The notes: generated by a model from the sequence alone, not told the origin. DNA of 64,000 bases from Tubiluchus corallicola (GCA_030141605.1 JAQGDQ010000212.1:186001-250000); one strand, 5' to 3'; shown: positions 12,718 to 24,554, counted from the first letter of the stretch. A program made the numbers and translations.

Positions 12718-12804
12718 CTATGAGTGGCACAGCGTCAGAGGTAGCTGGCATTGTTTCTGCTACCAGTAAAAGGAAGACCATGAGAGATAAGAGAATCGTT
12801 ACAC
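12718..12804 (-). CDS. CHRNA7: nAChR alpha7-like exon 8 (TM2: CVTILLSLMVFLLLVAETMPATSDAVPLI)
   Basis: 87 nt, cAG/GTatgc boundaries, phase 1/1, the same size as alpha7 exon 8. Confidence 0.95.
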
Positions 12805-13133
12805 CTGTTGTTGAAAAAAATAAACAAAATTAGGTGTCAGAAAGAACAAAAAGAGGTGATTTAATTAGTATTTAACGCTCTTATCTCCCTCTCTTACCTC
12901 TGTTCTCAGCGAAGCTCTACATTTCGGTGCTCATATTTTCTTTATGTTTGAGAGTCATTCTCGTTCTCCCTCACTCTCTCCTTTTCATCCTCCCTCTGTT
13001 TCTTTTTCTCTCTCTTTCTCCCGTTCACACTCTCAGTTTCCTTCTACTTTCACTCCCTTCTCTTTGCGCATCTTCTCTTCAGAGTTTTTCTTACTCTGCG
13101 CATCTCTCGTACACAAGCCTCACTTTCTCTCTT

Positions 13134-13186
<53 letters not shown>

Positions 13187-13231
13187 ATCTTTCTCTTTTT
13201 TTTCTCTCTCTCTCCTTATGTTCTCTTTCTT

Positions 13232-13267
<36 letters not shown>

Positions 13268-13330
13268 TCCACTGCATGTCTTTTGATCTCATATTTGTCT
13301 CTCTCTCCTCTGCTCTCAAGATAAACTTAC

Positions 13331-13525
13331 ATAACGTGAGTTTTTCTCCTGAATCTGGCGGTAGTAGGAACACGAGTAGTGTCATGGTTGAAATAAGAAA
13401 GCACGGTATCAATAAATTAAACAAGTAGTACAAAACTCTTCGTCGTATCACAACAGTAAATGTGACGTCGAAATAGGGCTCGGGGCAGCAGGTATACAAA
13501 AATTTATTCCTTTTGCCTGGAACAC
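13331..13525 (-). CDS. CHRNA7: nAChR alpha7-like exon 7 (loop C YTCC, TM1, GEK)
   Basis: 195 nt; [65 protein letters not shown]; vicinal cysteines define an alpha subunit. Confidence 0.97.
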
Positions 13526-14309
13526 CTGAAAAAGTCAAGATAGCGATGTCAGTAATATTCAAGAAAATGTAACTCACTCGTGTGGTAACTCGAGTTCATA
13601 CTGCATAATAATATCCAAACTATTCATCGAAGTAAAGAACTCATAATATTATATAACTATATATCGGGTGGCGTAGAAAAAACTTGCCGAAGTTTAGATC
13701 ACAATAATATTAGAAGCAAGCATCTTACAAAGTTGAAGTTTAATAGGGTAATTTTTAGAATCCTCTAACTTTTGGCTGTGAAAGTTACACGGTTGTAGTT
13801 TTTGTAGTTATTAAGGTACAACCAAAAAACTTTCATAAGTTAAAAATTAAATACCGGCACAATGTTAGTTAATTATAACAGCCACGTTAACATACCAATC
13901 ACTCAGAACATGGCAGCAAAAGAACAAAGGAATCAATAGATTACGTCATAGTATTCACCACAGAAAATAAAGCTCTGATAAAGGTTTGTTGCCAAGAAAA
14001 AAATGGTATTTAATCTTCTGGATTACGGTTTCTAGGCTTCTCTTAAAGAGAAAATGTACAATGGCCGCACAGAAACATTTGATGCAAAGGAAATAAAGGC
14101 AAAAATTGTTGAGTGCTGACGTGAGAAACTGAATCAGCTGTTGGAAGAAAGGTCTTTGCATAATTTGCACTAAAAATGGTAGAATCCTAGAGCGTAAAAC
14201 TTTGAAAGCGACCAAGGGAATGACCTAAAATTGTTAGCTTTCATATATAAAGGTGTGTTACATGAATGCTGTAATTTAAAGCTATTCCTATATCATGATC
14301 AAAACTTTG

Positions 14310-15090
14310 GGTGATGTGGTGTGGTGTAGCATGCTATGAGTGATGTGGCGTGATGTAGTATGCTATGGATGATATGGTGTGGTAGCTGTGGTGTGATACA
14401 GTATGCTATGGGCTATGTACTGTGGTAGCTGTGGTATGGTATAGTATGTTATGGGTGGTATGGTGTGGTGTAGAATGCCATGAGTGATGTGGCGTGATGT
14501 AGTATGCTATGGATGATGTGATGCGGTAGCTGTGGTGTAATATAGTATGCTATGGGCTATGTGGTGCGGTGGCTGTGGTATGGTATAGTATGTTATGGGT
14601 GGTATGGTGTGGTGACTACGCTGTGGTGTATATGCTATGAGTGATGTGCTGTGGTGGCCGTGGTAGGTGTAGTATGGCTATGAGTGATGTGGTGTGGTGG
14701 CTATGGTGTGGTGTAGTATGCCATGAGTGATGTGGCAGGGTGGCTGTGGTGTGGTGTAGTATGGCTATGTATGATGTGGTGTGGGGGAGTGGTGTGGTGT
14801 AGTATGCTATGAGTGATGTGGTGTGGTGGCTGTGGTGTGATGTAGTATGGCTACGCGTGATATGGTGTTGGGGAGTGGTGTGGTGTGGTATGCCATGAGT
14901 GATGCGGTGTGGTGTAGTATGCTATGGGTGATGTGATATGGTGGGTGTGGTGTGGTGTGGTGTAGTATGTTATGGATGATGTGATATAGTGGGTGTGGTG
15001 TGGTGGGAGTGGTGTGCTATGCAGTGTCGCCTTCTACCAGGTGGCACAATCAGTTTTCTTTGTATTATTTTCCGTTTGAATTACACATTT
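14310..15090. repeat. Degenerate GT-rich (GTGGT) minisatellite with a conserved right boundary, nAChR intron 6
   Basis: GTGGTGTGGTGTAGTATGCTATGAGTGAT units; right flank shared with 17910-17985. Confidence 0.85.
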
Positions 15091-15441
15091 TTGTGTCACC
15101 TGGTATAAACGTTCATCAAAGTAGACTACACTTACTATAATTATATGAACGTGTTCTGTATAAGTATTCAACAAAGTATAGAAGTTAGTTACTGTACATA
15201 AATATTCTTTAAAGTACAGAACTCATACTACAATGTAGAAAGCTGGTAAAATGGTGTACTTCAAAGCAGACATACAATGTAAAAATGTTTAGTGATTTAT
15301 AGTGACAGAAATCTTTTCGCGTCCATCAGCCAGACAGCAATAATATATATATAAGCTACTGTCTGAAATTGCTACAGAAATGCACAAATTTGTACTTGTT
15401 CGAATGTTATATGTTGGCTAAGTAAAATCATGAAATCGTAC

Positions 15442-15560
15442 CAATCAAATCCCATTCTCCGTTTTCAATATAATCGCTGATGTCGCCACCATCTGGCATG
15501 GATAACCGAAGATCAAGTCCTGTACCATCGTACGTCCAGGAGCCAAACTTCATCAAGCAC
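15442..15560 (-). CDS. CHRNA7: nAChR alpha7-like exon 6 ([39 protein letters not shown])
   Basis: 119 nt, tttAG/GTacga boundaries, loop B WTYDG, second Cys-loop cysteine. Confidence 0.95.
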
Positions 15561-15672
15561 CTAAAATCAGTTCACACTTTACATAGTCAGACTCTCTCTC
15601 TCTTTCTCCCTCTCTCTCTTTCTCGCTCGCTCAATTTTTTTCTCTTTGTCCCTCCTCCTCTCTCTCCCTCCT

Positions 15673-15756
<84 letters not shown>

Positions 15757-15894
15757 CCCTTTCTCTCTCTATATATCTCTCTCTTTTTTCTCCCTTCTCT
15801 CTCTCTCTCAGCGACATAACTGTTTCTCAGTCCTCACGAATTTACTTACCATAAAAGTTATCACTAAACTCTAAGACACGATAAAGATGTTTAC

Positions 15895-16032
15895 CGTTGT
15901 TCATCGAATGGATACCAGGCGATGTTTATCTTACAAGTACTCCTGAAGATACCAGGAGGAATGTAACTACAAGCACCATCGTGGGAAAGCACAACATTGG
16001 AGTGGTAAGTGCCATCAAACCGTTCGTCTGCA
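15895..16032 (-). CDS. CHRNA7: nAChR alpha7-like exon 5 (ADERFDGTYHSNVVLSHDGACSYIPPGIFRSTCKINIAWYPFDEQR)
   Basis: 138 nt, tttAG/GTaaac boundaries, loop E and Cys-loop C-x13-C continued into exon 6. Confidence 0.95.
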
Positions 16033-16499
16033 CTAAAAATAATGAACAACATGGTTAAATCTAACTTAAATTAATTCTGCTGGTATGTGTCTGGCTTTGT
16101 TTATTTATTAATAAGATAGGAGGCAGACCTCCAACAATTGCATTGCACCAATGTAGGCGATATATATATATCAAATCAGGGGTCTCTCTTTAGATTGGTC
16201 TCCCATTGATGATTTATTTTTCTATTTCGGGTCAACGGAACGAACGTGTCTCTGTTTCTTGCCGGTTTTTCGCAAAACTTATTCTTCCTATTTTGAGAAA
16301 ATGAAAAGTGCTTGTGGACGTAGTAGCTGTTTAGTAGAGCTATTTAGATTTTGCAGCCGGGTTTCCTCACAACCAAATGCATCCATTCAACCAAGTACAT
16401 TGCGCTGTTTCTGTATGCCGTTGTGTTATTGATGTTGATGTTCTAATGTCGTCGTCATCGTCTTAATCATTATTACAACCATAATCACCGTGCGACCAC

Positions 16500-17985
16500 T
16501 GGTGGGGTGGTGTGGTGTGGTGTAGTATGTTATGAGGGATATGGTATAGTGGGGTGGGATGGTGTTGTGTGGCGTGGTGTGGTGTGGTGCAACATGCTAT
16601 GAGGGATATTGTGAGGTTTGTTGTAATATGCTATGAGGGACATGGTATGATGGGTATGGTGCGGTGTAGTAACTATGAGGGATATGATGAGGTGTAGTAT
16701 GCTATGAATGATGTGGTGTGGTGAGTGTGGTGTTGTGTGGTGTAGTATGCTATGAGTGATATGGTGTGGTGTGGTTTTGTATGCTATGAGTGGTGTGGTG
16801 TGGTTTAGTATGCTATGAGGGGTATGGTTTGTTGGTTATGGTGTGGTTTAGTATGCTATGAGTGATATGGTGTGGTGAAAGTGGTGTGGTTTGCTGTGCG
16901 TGATGTGGTGTTGGGAGTGGTGTGGTTTGCTGTGCGTGATGTGGTGAGTTGGGAGTGGTGTGGTTTGGTGCGCGTGATGTAGTGAGTTGGGAGTGGTGTG
17001 GTTTGGTGCGCATGATGTGGTGAGTTGGGAGTGGTGTGGTTTGGTGCGCGTGATATGGTGAGTTGGGAATGGTGTGGTTTGGTGTGCATGATGTGGTGAG
17101 TTGGGAATGGTGTGGTTTGGTGTGCATGATGTGGTGAGTTGGGAGTGGTGTGGTTTGGTGCGCGTGATGTGGTGAGTTGGGAGTGGTGTGGTTTGCTGTG
17201 CGTGATGTGGTGAGTTGGGAGTAGTGTGGTTTGGTGTGCATGATGTGGTGAGTTGGGAGTGGTGTGGTTTGGTGTGCGTGATGTGGTGAGTTGGGAGTGG
17301 TGTGGTTTGGTGTGCGTGATGTGGTGAGTTGGGAGTGGTGTGGTTTGCTGTGCGTGATGTGGTGAGTTGGGAGTGGTGTGGTTTGCTGTGCGTGATGTGG
17401 TGAGTTGGGAGTGGTGTGGTTTGCTGTGCGTGATGTGGTGAGTTGGGAGTGGTGTGGTTTGATGTGCGTGATGTGGTGAGTTGGGAGTGGTGTGGTTTGG
17501 TGCGCGTGATGTGGTGAGTTGGGAGTGGTGTGGTTTGGTGCGCGTGATGTGGTGAGTTGGGAGTGGTGTGGTTTGCTGTGCGTGATGTGGTGAGTTGGGA
17601 GTGGTGTGGTTTGCTGTGCGTGATGTGGTGAGTTGGGAGTGGTGTGGTTTGGTGCGCGTGATGTGGTGAGTTGGGAGTGGTGTGGTTTGGTGCGCGTGAT
17701 GTGGTGAGTTGGGAGTGGTGTGGTTTGGTGCGCATGATGTGGTGAGTTGGGAGTGGTGTGGTTTGGTGCGCGTGATGTGGTGAGTTGGGAGTAGTGTGGT
17801 TTGCTGTGCGTGATGTGGTGAGTTGGGAGTGGTGTGGTTTGGTGCGCGTGATGTGGTGAGTTGGGAGTAGTGTGGTTTGCTGTGCGTGATGTGGTGAGTT
17901 GGGAGTGGTATGCTATACAGTGTCGTCTCACCAGGTGGCGCAAGTGTTTTGTAGTATTATTAAAACTTTTCCTTTTGAGTTACAC
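16500..17985. repeat. 38-bp GT-rich minisatellite, nAChR intron 4
   Basis: Unit GATGTGGTGAGTTGGGAGTGGTGTGGTTTGGTGCGCGT, homogeneous 16900-17910 and degenerate to the left. Confidence 0.95.
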
Positions 17986-18135
17986 AAGTCTTTCAAATAG
18001 ATAAAAATATAAAGCTAAGTAATATAAAAATTTGTATAGAAAATTCTTTGGGATGCAGTTTAAACTTGCTTTTTCCTCCCTTCAAAATCCAGATTGTCAC
18101 ACAGCAAGAAACGACGTATTTAATTAAAGTTTTAC

Positions 18136-18245
18136 CTGTTATACATGAGTACGTCTGGCCTCCATATTTTATCAGGCGGAATACGTATTGTAGTGATGTT
18201 ACCGTATTCTGATGGTTCCCAGTGTAAATTCTGATCCGTCCACGC
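18136..18245 (-). CDS. CHRNA7: nAChR alpha7-like exon 4 ([37 protein letters not shown])
   Basis: 110 nt, gtAG/GTaaaa boundaries, loop [10 protein letters not shown]. Confidence 0.95.
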
Positions 18246-19319
18246 CTACAGTTCAAGCAAGAAGAGAAGAATCAGCCATGTATTTGGAGTAATCACTTGA
18301 GAGCTTGATTCAGTATTCAAGAAAGAGTTAACAAATACATTCGAATTGACTGCTTCAAAATGACACAGGTATATCCTTAATGAGGCGAATAGTGAGAATG
18401 AATAAAAAGAATTCACAAAAGTAAAAGAAAACAAGAAAAAGAAAGAATTGGCACATCGTTTTGAACTACTCCTCTAGTTCTAATAATTGTGAGATTTTTC
18501 ATTCTTTAATAAAATCACACTCTAATTTAGAAATTTCCACAATTTATCACGTAAATTGACGTCTACAAGTAATTAACAAACTATGTGATAATGATGGTGG
18601 GAAAAATGCATTATGTGTTACGCATCGGTCAGTGGCGTAACTAAGTGTAGCTAATATCTAAATTGTCAGTGGAGTGGGGGGCTGAAAAGAAGCGCCGCCC
18701 CCGCGCCATGAAGTCTTGGCTACGCCACCGACACCAGCTTTTAAGTATGTTACATTAAAAAAATAATAAGCATACTATTAAGTATGTTACTTTAGATATA
18801 CTTATAGCGTTAAAGTTGACAAGCCTATAAACTCTTTGACATGCAAGCATGCAGTCTGACTCATGCAACTCATTCCTGGGAAAGAAAAGCCAGGATCCGG
18901 AAACGCTGACAACCTGGGATTTTGTGTGTGTATATTTATATATTACACATGATCGTAACATCACACAAATAGACAAACCAGAAAAACAATAACGAACAAT
19001 TTCATAATTTTCCACTATTCGATTTGCTCACGAAAATTCACTAAATCCACCAGTTACGTCATGATTTCCAATTAAATGGCGGCTACCACTGCGCTTGAAA
19101 ATTTCCGTACAGCGGTAATATAAATTACCAACTTTTCTCCTTTTTATAAACATTTTTTTGCAAATTTCTAAGTTACATGTCTGTCAAATTAAGTGATAAC
19201 AGTAAAATAAATACAATGTGCTAGGTGACTTGTCTCTTCCTATAAGCTGAGAATTTAGCTCTGCACAATCTGCAACAAACAACTGTATCCAACATCACAA
19301 GTTTGGTATCATCATTTGT

Positions 19320-20145
19320 CATTAGCAGCCAATAACTTGTCATTATTTTTACGGACATGACAGTGCGACAAACAAGCCTACAGTCAATAGCGTGTCATTT
19401 TACAAATATGACAGTGCGACGAACAAGCCTACAGCTAATTGCGTGTAATTTTACAAACATGACAGTGCGACGAACAAGCCTACAGCTAATTGCGTGTAAT
19501 TTTACAAATATGACAGTGCGACGAACAAGCCTACAGCCAATTGCGTGTCATTTTAGAAACATGACAGTGCGACAAACAAGCCTACAGCCAATTGCGTGTA
19601 ATTTTACAAACATGACAGTGCGACAAACAAGCCTACAGCCAATTGCGTGTAATTTTACAAATATGACAGTGCGACGAACAAGCCTACAGCCAATTGCGTG
19701 TGATTTTACAAATATGACAGTGCGACAAACAAGCTTACAGCCAATAGTGTGTCATTTTACAAATATGACAGTGCGACAAACAAGCCTACAGCCAATTGCA
19801 TGTGATTTTATAAACATGACAGTATGACGTACTAATCTATAGCCACCAGGGTATTCTTTGACAAGCGCAGTGCCTCAAGCATAAACAAGCTTTTATCCAA
19901 TGAGGTTTTATTTAACAAATACAGCACATACAACATACAATTGCAGCCAATCAGGTCTCACTTCACAAACAAAAATTTTCCAAAAACAAACTGCAGCCAG
20001 TAGGGATTCACTTTACAAAAACAGCAATCCAACACAAATCAGGAGCCAATAAGGGTTCTGTTTACCAGCCCCTTGCGTGTAAAACATACAAGACACCAGC
20101 CAATAAGGTTTCGTTTTACAAACATCACAAGCGTTGTATACTTAC
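19320..20145. repeat. 51-bp minisatellite (about 10 conserved copies to 19830, then degenerate up to exon 3b)
   Basis: Unit ATGACAGTGCGACAAACAAGCCTACAGCCAATTGCGTGTAATTTTACAAAC; AGCCAA recurs about every 50-55 nt up to 20157. Confidence 0.88.
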
Positions 20146-20190
20146 GACATCTAGCCAAACATTTGTCGATATTATCTGGTTCTTCTCATC
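20146..20190 (-). CDS. CHRNA7: nAChR alpha7-like alternative exon 3b (DEKNQIISTNVWLDV)
   Basis: 45 nt, aactAG/GTaagt boundaries, phase 0/0, paralogous to exon 3a, loop D tryptophan retained. Confidence 0.9.
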
Positions 20191-21063
20191 CTAGTTAAAA
20201 CACAAGTGAAGAGTTAGAGGAAAATATAAGTGAGTATTGGTTAGTTGTGACAGCGGAAAACAAGAAAGAGAGAGAGAGAGAGAGAACGAAATAAGAAAGC
20301 GAAAGAAAAAGAGAATGAGAGTTTTAATTCGTGCACTTTTCAACGTGGACAGGCTGGAACAAGCTTTTTGAGTAGAGCATGATAACAAAAGCGAAATCGC
20401 AAACATTTTGCTGAGCTGTTCATTTGCAACAGAATCAGTGTTATGAGGAAGATTTCTGCTCTTAGTTTCGTGAATAAAACCTCTTCGCTATGATTGATTT
20501 CGTATTTCAATCAAAATCCTTTCAGCGTTGTACAATTGCATGATTTCTTGCGAATATCAAAGTAATTAACTGGAATTTTTGCTTTCGAACTTGCACAAAA
20601 CCACAAAAACAGAATATTTGTGCAAATTCTTTCTGATGTTATTGAATACGCATAAAAATAATCTTTTCTAAAGTTACTATGTTGTAATACTGAATCAGTG
20701 TTCACACTAGCAAGTCCGTATCTCTAGAAAGCAGAAACAACAAAACAGTTCTTTGCAGGACTGTTTTTAAGGATACGGCAAAACAACAGTGTGAACGAGC
20801 TTTAGGGGATATGTAAAAAGACATTTCATTCCCAAGACAAAGACCGTCGCCCTTGTAAATGAATGTTTACGGTCAAGGAAAAATATATAATTTCAACACA
20901 AAATGCCAGTTTGGGTAACGGCAACTTAAAGCATTTTCTTTTGTAAATGAAAACCCAATGTTAATACGTGGACGGTTACGAAAAAAAACACTTGATTTCG
21001 CTTTTGTTTTCAAGCTCAGCATCACGTGATCTCTTCATTGTGACGTCATATTTGGCTACTCAC

Positions 21064-21108
21064 CAAATTTAACCAAATATTTGTCGCCATATTTTGATTC
21101 TTTTCGTC
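21064..21108 (-). CDS. CHRNA7: nAChR alpha7-like alternative exon 3a (DEKNQNMATNIWLNL)
   Basis: 45 nt, caacAG/GTgagt boundaries, phase 0/0, loop D. Confidence 0.92.
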
Positions 21109-21566
21109 CTGTTGAAGAGAATAATTGAGTAAAAGAAAAAACAGTAATTTTTTGTAAGAAAGAATCTTTTGTAAGTGCATATGTACATAAATTTCTCGTT
21201 TAACGATGCTCCGCTTAGTGACATTTCGTTTTAACGACACTAATTCTTGACACATTTTTTCACTTAATGTCATATGTTTCACTTAAAAGAATTTATAGTT
21301 TTTCTCTTGCAGCATAATTGAACATTTTTACGCCAACAATTATTGATTTTTGCTCCCTGAATGCAACTGAATGCTCTTACAATATTTCTTATCGAAGAAT
21401 TGTTTTGTTTAGCGACCCCGTTTCACTTTACGATGAGTTTTGCTGGAATATATACGATACTGAGTGAGGATTTATTGCATGCAATTTTAATGATGTTTTT
21501 GAATTAACTACACTTTATTTACTGTGCCAAGAAAAACACAGTAACGATACAATGCTTTATACAAAT

Positions 21567-21832
21567 GGGGATACAGCTCAGTGGTAACGTGCTCGCTTCC
21601 CATCGGGAAGTCGCAGGTTCAATTCCAACCAAGTCATGCCGAAGACATAAAAAATGGTACTGCTGGTTCTTCGACGAAGCACGCGAGTTTATTGAAGTAA
21701 CATGCAGGTAATAATAATCAGGACCACCTTGGAAGTAAGTATAGAGTTACGAAATTTGTTATCCCTGTACTATGTCCTAAACTAAATTATTATTATTATT
21801 ATTATCATCATCATCATCATCATCATCATTAT

Positions 21833-21931
<99 letters not shown>

Positions 21932-21935
21932 TAAA
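21567..21935 (+). mobile_element. tRNA-derived SINE (MetaSINE-like core) with microsatellite tail
   Basis: A-box ACAGCTCAGTGG, B-box GGTTCAATTCC, then AGACATAAAAAATGGTACTGCTG core and a (TTA)/(TCA)/(TAA)n tail. Confidence 0.65.
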
Positions 21936-22172
21936 CAAGAAATCCCGCAATGAAGAAATGAAAAGTGCACTAACCCTAGTGAATCACTATCATCAACATT
22001 GAATGTTAAAATGAAAGAAAAAATTAAATACACATTTTTGGATTTTATAATTATAATACAGTTAGGTCCCCCTAATTAGGCTCCGATTTCATCACTTCTT
22101 TAGAGTATCGAAACGAGGTATTGTTATGCTGTATGGAAGTGGCGAATAAATAGGTATTATTTAAGATCTCCN

Positions 22173-22199
22173 NNNNNNNNNNNNNNNNNNNNNNNNNNN
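22173..22199. other. Assembly gap (run of N)
   Basis: 27 n characters. Confidence 1.
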
Positions 22200-22201
22200 T
22201 T

Positions 22202-22634
<433 letters not shown>

Positions 22635-24269
22635 TCGTATGCCTTAGATGATACCCTTTTAGTCTCACGTACCGTTTTGTACTGTACGGCAAATTAACAG
22701 TTGGCTCAAGGCTAGTTGGAAGGCCAAAGTTAAGTTTTATGGACAGTGTTCAACGTGATGTAAATAATTATTAGATTCGATGGAAGTGCAAATCAGGGAT
22801 TGGCTCTAGACAAGAAAAATTAGTTGTCAATTGGAAATCTACAAAGGAGGGCTTGCATCTGAACAGAAACAGAAAAGGTAAGGAATAAAAATTCACCAAC
22901 AAACCACAAGAAACCCACCGAAAATCGTTGTATTTATGTATATGTGATGTCTGCAAAAATGTCTGCACATCATGAATTTGACTTCTTTTCCATCAAATGA
23001 TTCACAGATTTCAATAGCTACACGAGGATGTCACGAGGATGTTGCAAGACTAATTAACTAAAATGATAATTAAGGGCAGAATCCACAGCACAAAGAAGGC
23101 AGGAGAAACAGGGAAAGCACAAAATATCGCTGAACAGAATCACTAATTAAGCAGCAGAACACACAGCACGAAAAATCACTTGTAAAACAGCAAAAAAGCA
23201 CAAAATCTCAGCAATAAGGCAATAGAAATAACGTACACGCGACACAGTTACCTGGAAAGCACAGTTTTTTAGTTGTCTCTCGTGTTTTTTGTGCTCTGCA
23301 TTTTGTGCTTAGAGGCCAATATAACCCCAAGAGACATTGAAGATTTTTGACCCATTATTATGATTATACAAAGAAATCATTGCTATTATTAAACAAGAGA
23401 AACTTACAAATTAAATAACTTATATTTTCTAGCGAATTTCGAAAAAGGCGGTTCTTCAAATTTAATACCATTAACAACGAATTGAAAGAAATCAAAAGAA
23501 ACAGGTGTTATAGTAAGTTTATAATAAAATAAATTCAATATTCATAATGAGAGAAGGACCAACAATGTGTTCTAGTGAGGGTTTAGTTTGTCTTTAACTG
23601 GTAGTGCTTGACAAACCCCAAAACATTTACAGCTTTACAAACATTTACAACCTACAAAACATTAAGTGATCCCTTAAGCATTTTTCATTTTTTTTTGTTT
23701 CATCTGAACATAGGTCAAGGTGGTGGGCTGAGGTGTGACTTTTTCATTCATTTCTTCATTGTGACATTTCTTCTGTAAGCAAAGCCTTCTGTCGCATCAG
23801 TTCAGTAACTTCAGTTGTTTTACGTGGACTTTACTTAGCTATGCATTAATCTGTGCGTAGAGTGATTTACTTGCAGAATCTTGCTTGTGAACAAGAAAAA
23901 ATGAACTAGGTAAGGTTCTAGCTAGCTGTTAAACGGTTACTATTACAACAGCATGGGCCGCTAGGCATTGTCATGTGTACGCAAATGCGTTATTTTGTAC
24001 TCTTAACCTTTGACCTATTCACGATCATCATCGATCGCTGCAACTGTGGAAAGGCTTATTGGTTTCATCAGATTATTCATATTAAAGAAATAATTAAAAA
24101 GCATTTAAACACAAATGCACATGACAACAAATTATGTATGCCAATATCAACAAAAAATTACTCCAATAATTTTCGATTACCATTTCTAGCATTATTATAA
24201 ATATATTTTAAATATGTTTAATTAATGCGGAGAAAGAATTGCGCAAAACAAGGCCAGCTTTATTCTTAA

Positions 24270-24554
24270 GGGCGCGTTCAAACTAGCGATTTCTCTCGCC
24301 AAGAAATCAGCAAGCAATTCGCAAGTGTGCTCAGACTTGAAACCAAAATTCGCTGTGAGATACTCACACTCACTTCACTATTCAGTGTGAGAAGTGTCGC
24401 GAGTAACTCACCGAGGCGTTCACACTAGGTGGTAAATCACCTCGCAGCAGCATTGAGAGAGTTTGCAATAACTTGCAAACAGAAACTCGCAAAACCGTAG
24501 TTCACACTTGCGAGTTTGCTGTCAGAGAGAAAGCTCACTAGCTCGTACGCGCCG
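24270..24554 (+). mobile_element. PIF/Harbinger-like MITE
   Basis: Imperfect TIR GGGCGCGTTCAAACTAG / CTAGCTCGTACGCGCCG with TAA on both sides; inverted relative at about 58550-58760. Confidence 0.65.

Noticed and set aside
11847-13330. Full duplicated exon 8 variants like insect 8a/8b/8c
   Set aside because: Only the last 19-24 nt plus the donor are repeated; no second complete TM2 exon was found
16813-17943. 376-aa His/Thr-rich ORF
   Set aside because: Stop-free strand of a 38-bp satellite (period not a multiple of 3), located in intron 4
21567-21640. tRNA gene
   Set aside because: A and B boxes are present but there is no closing acceptor stem, and it continues into a SINE core and tail
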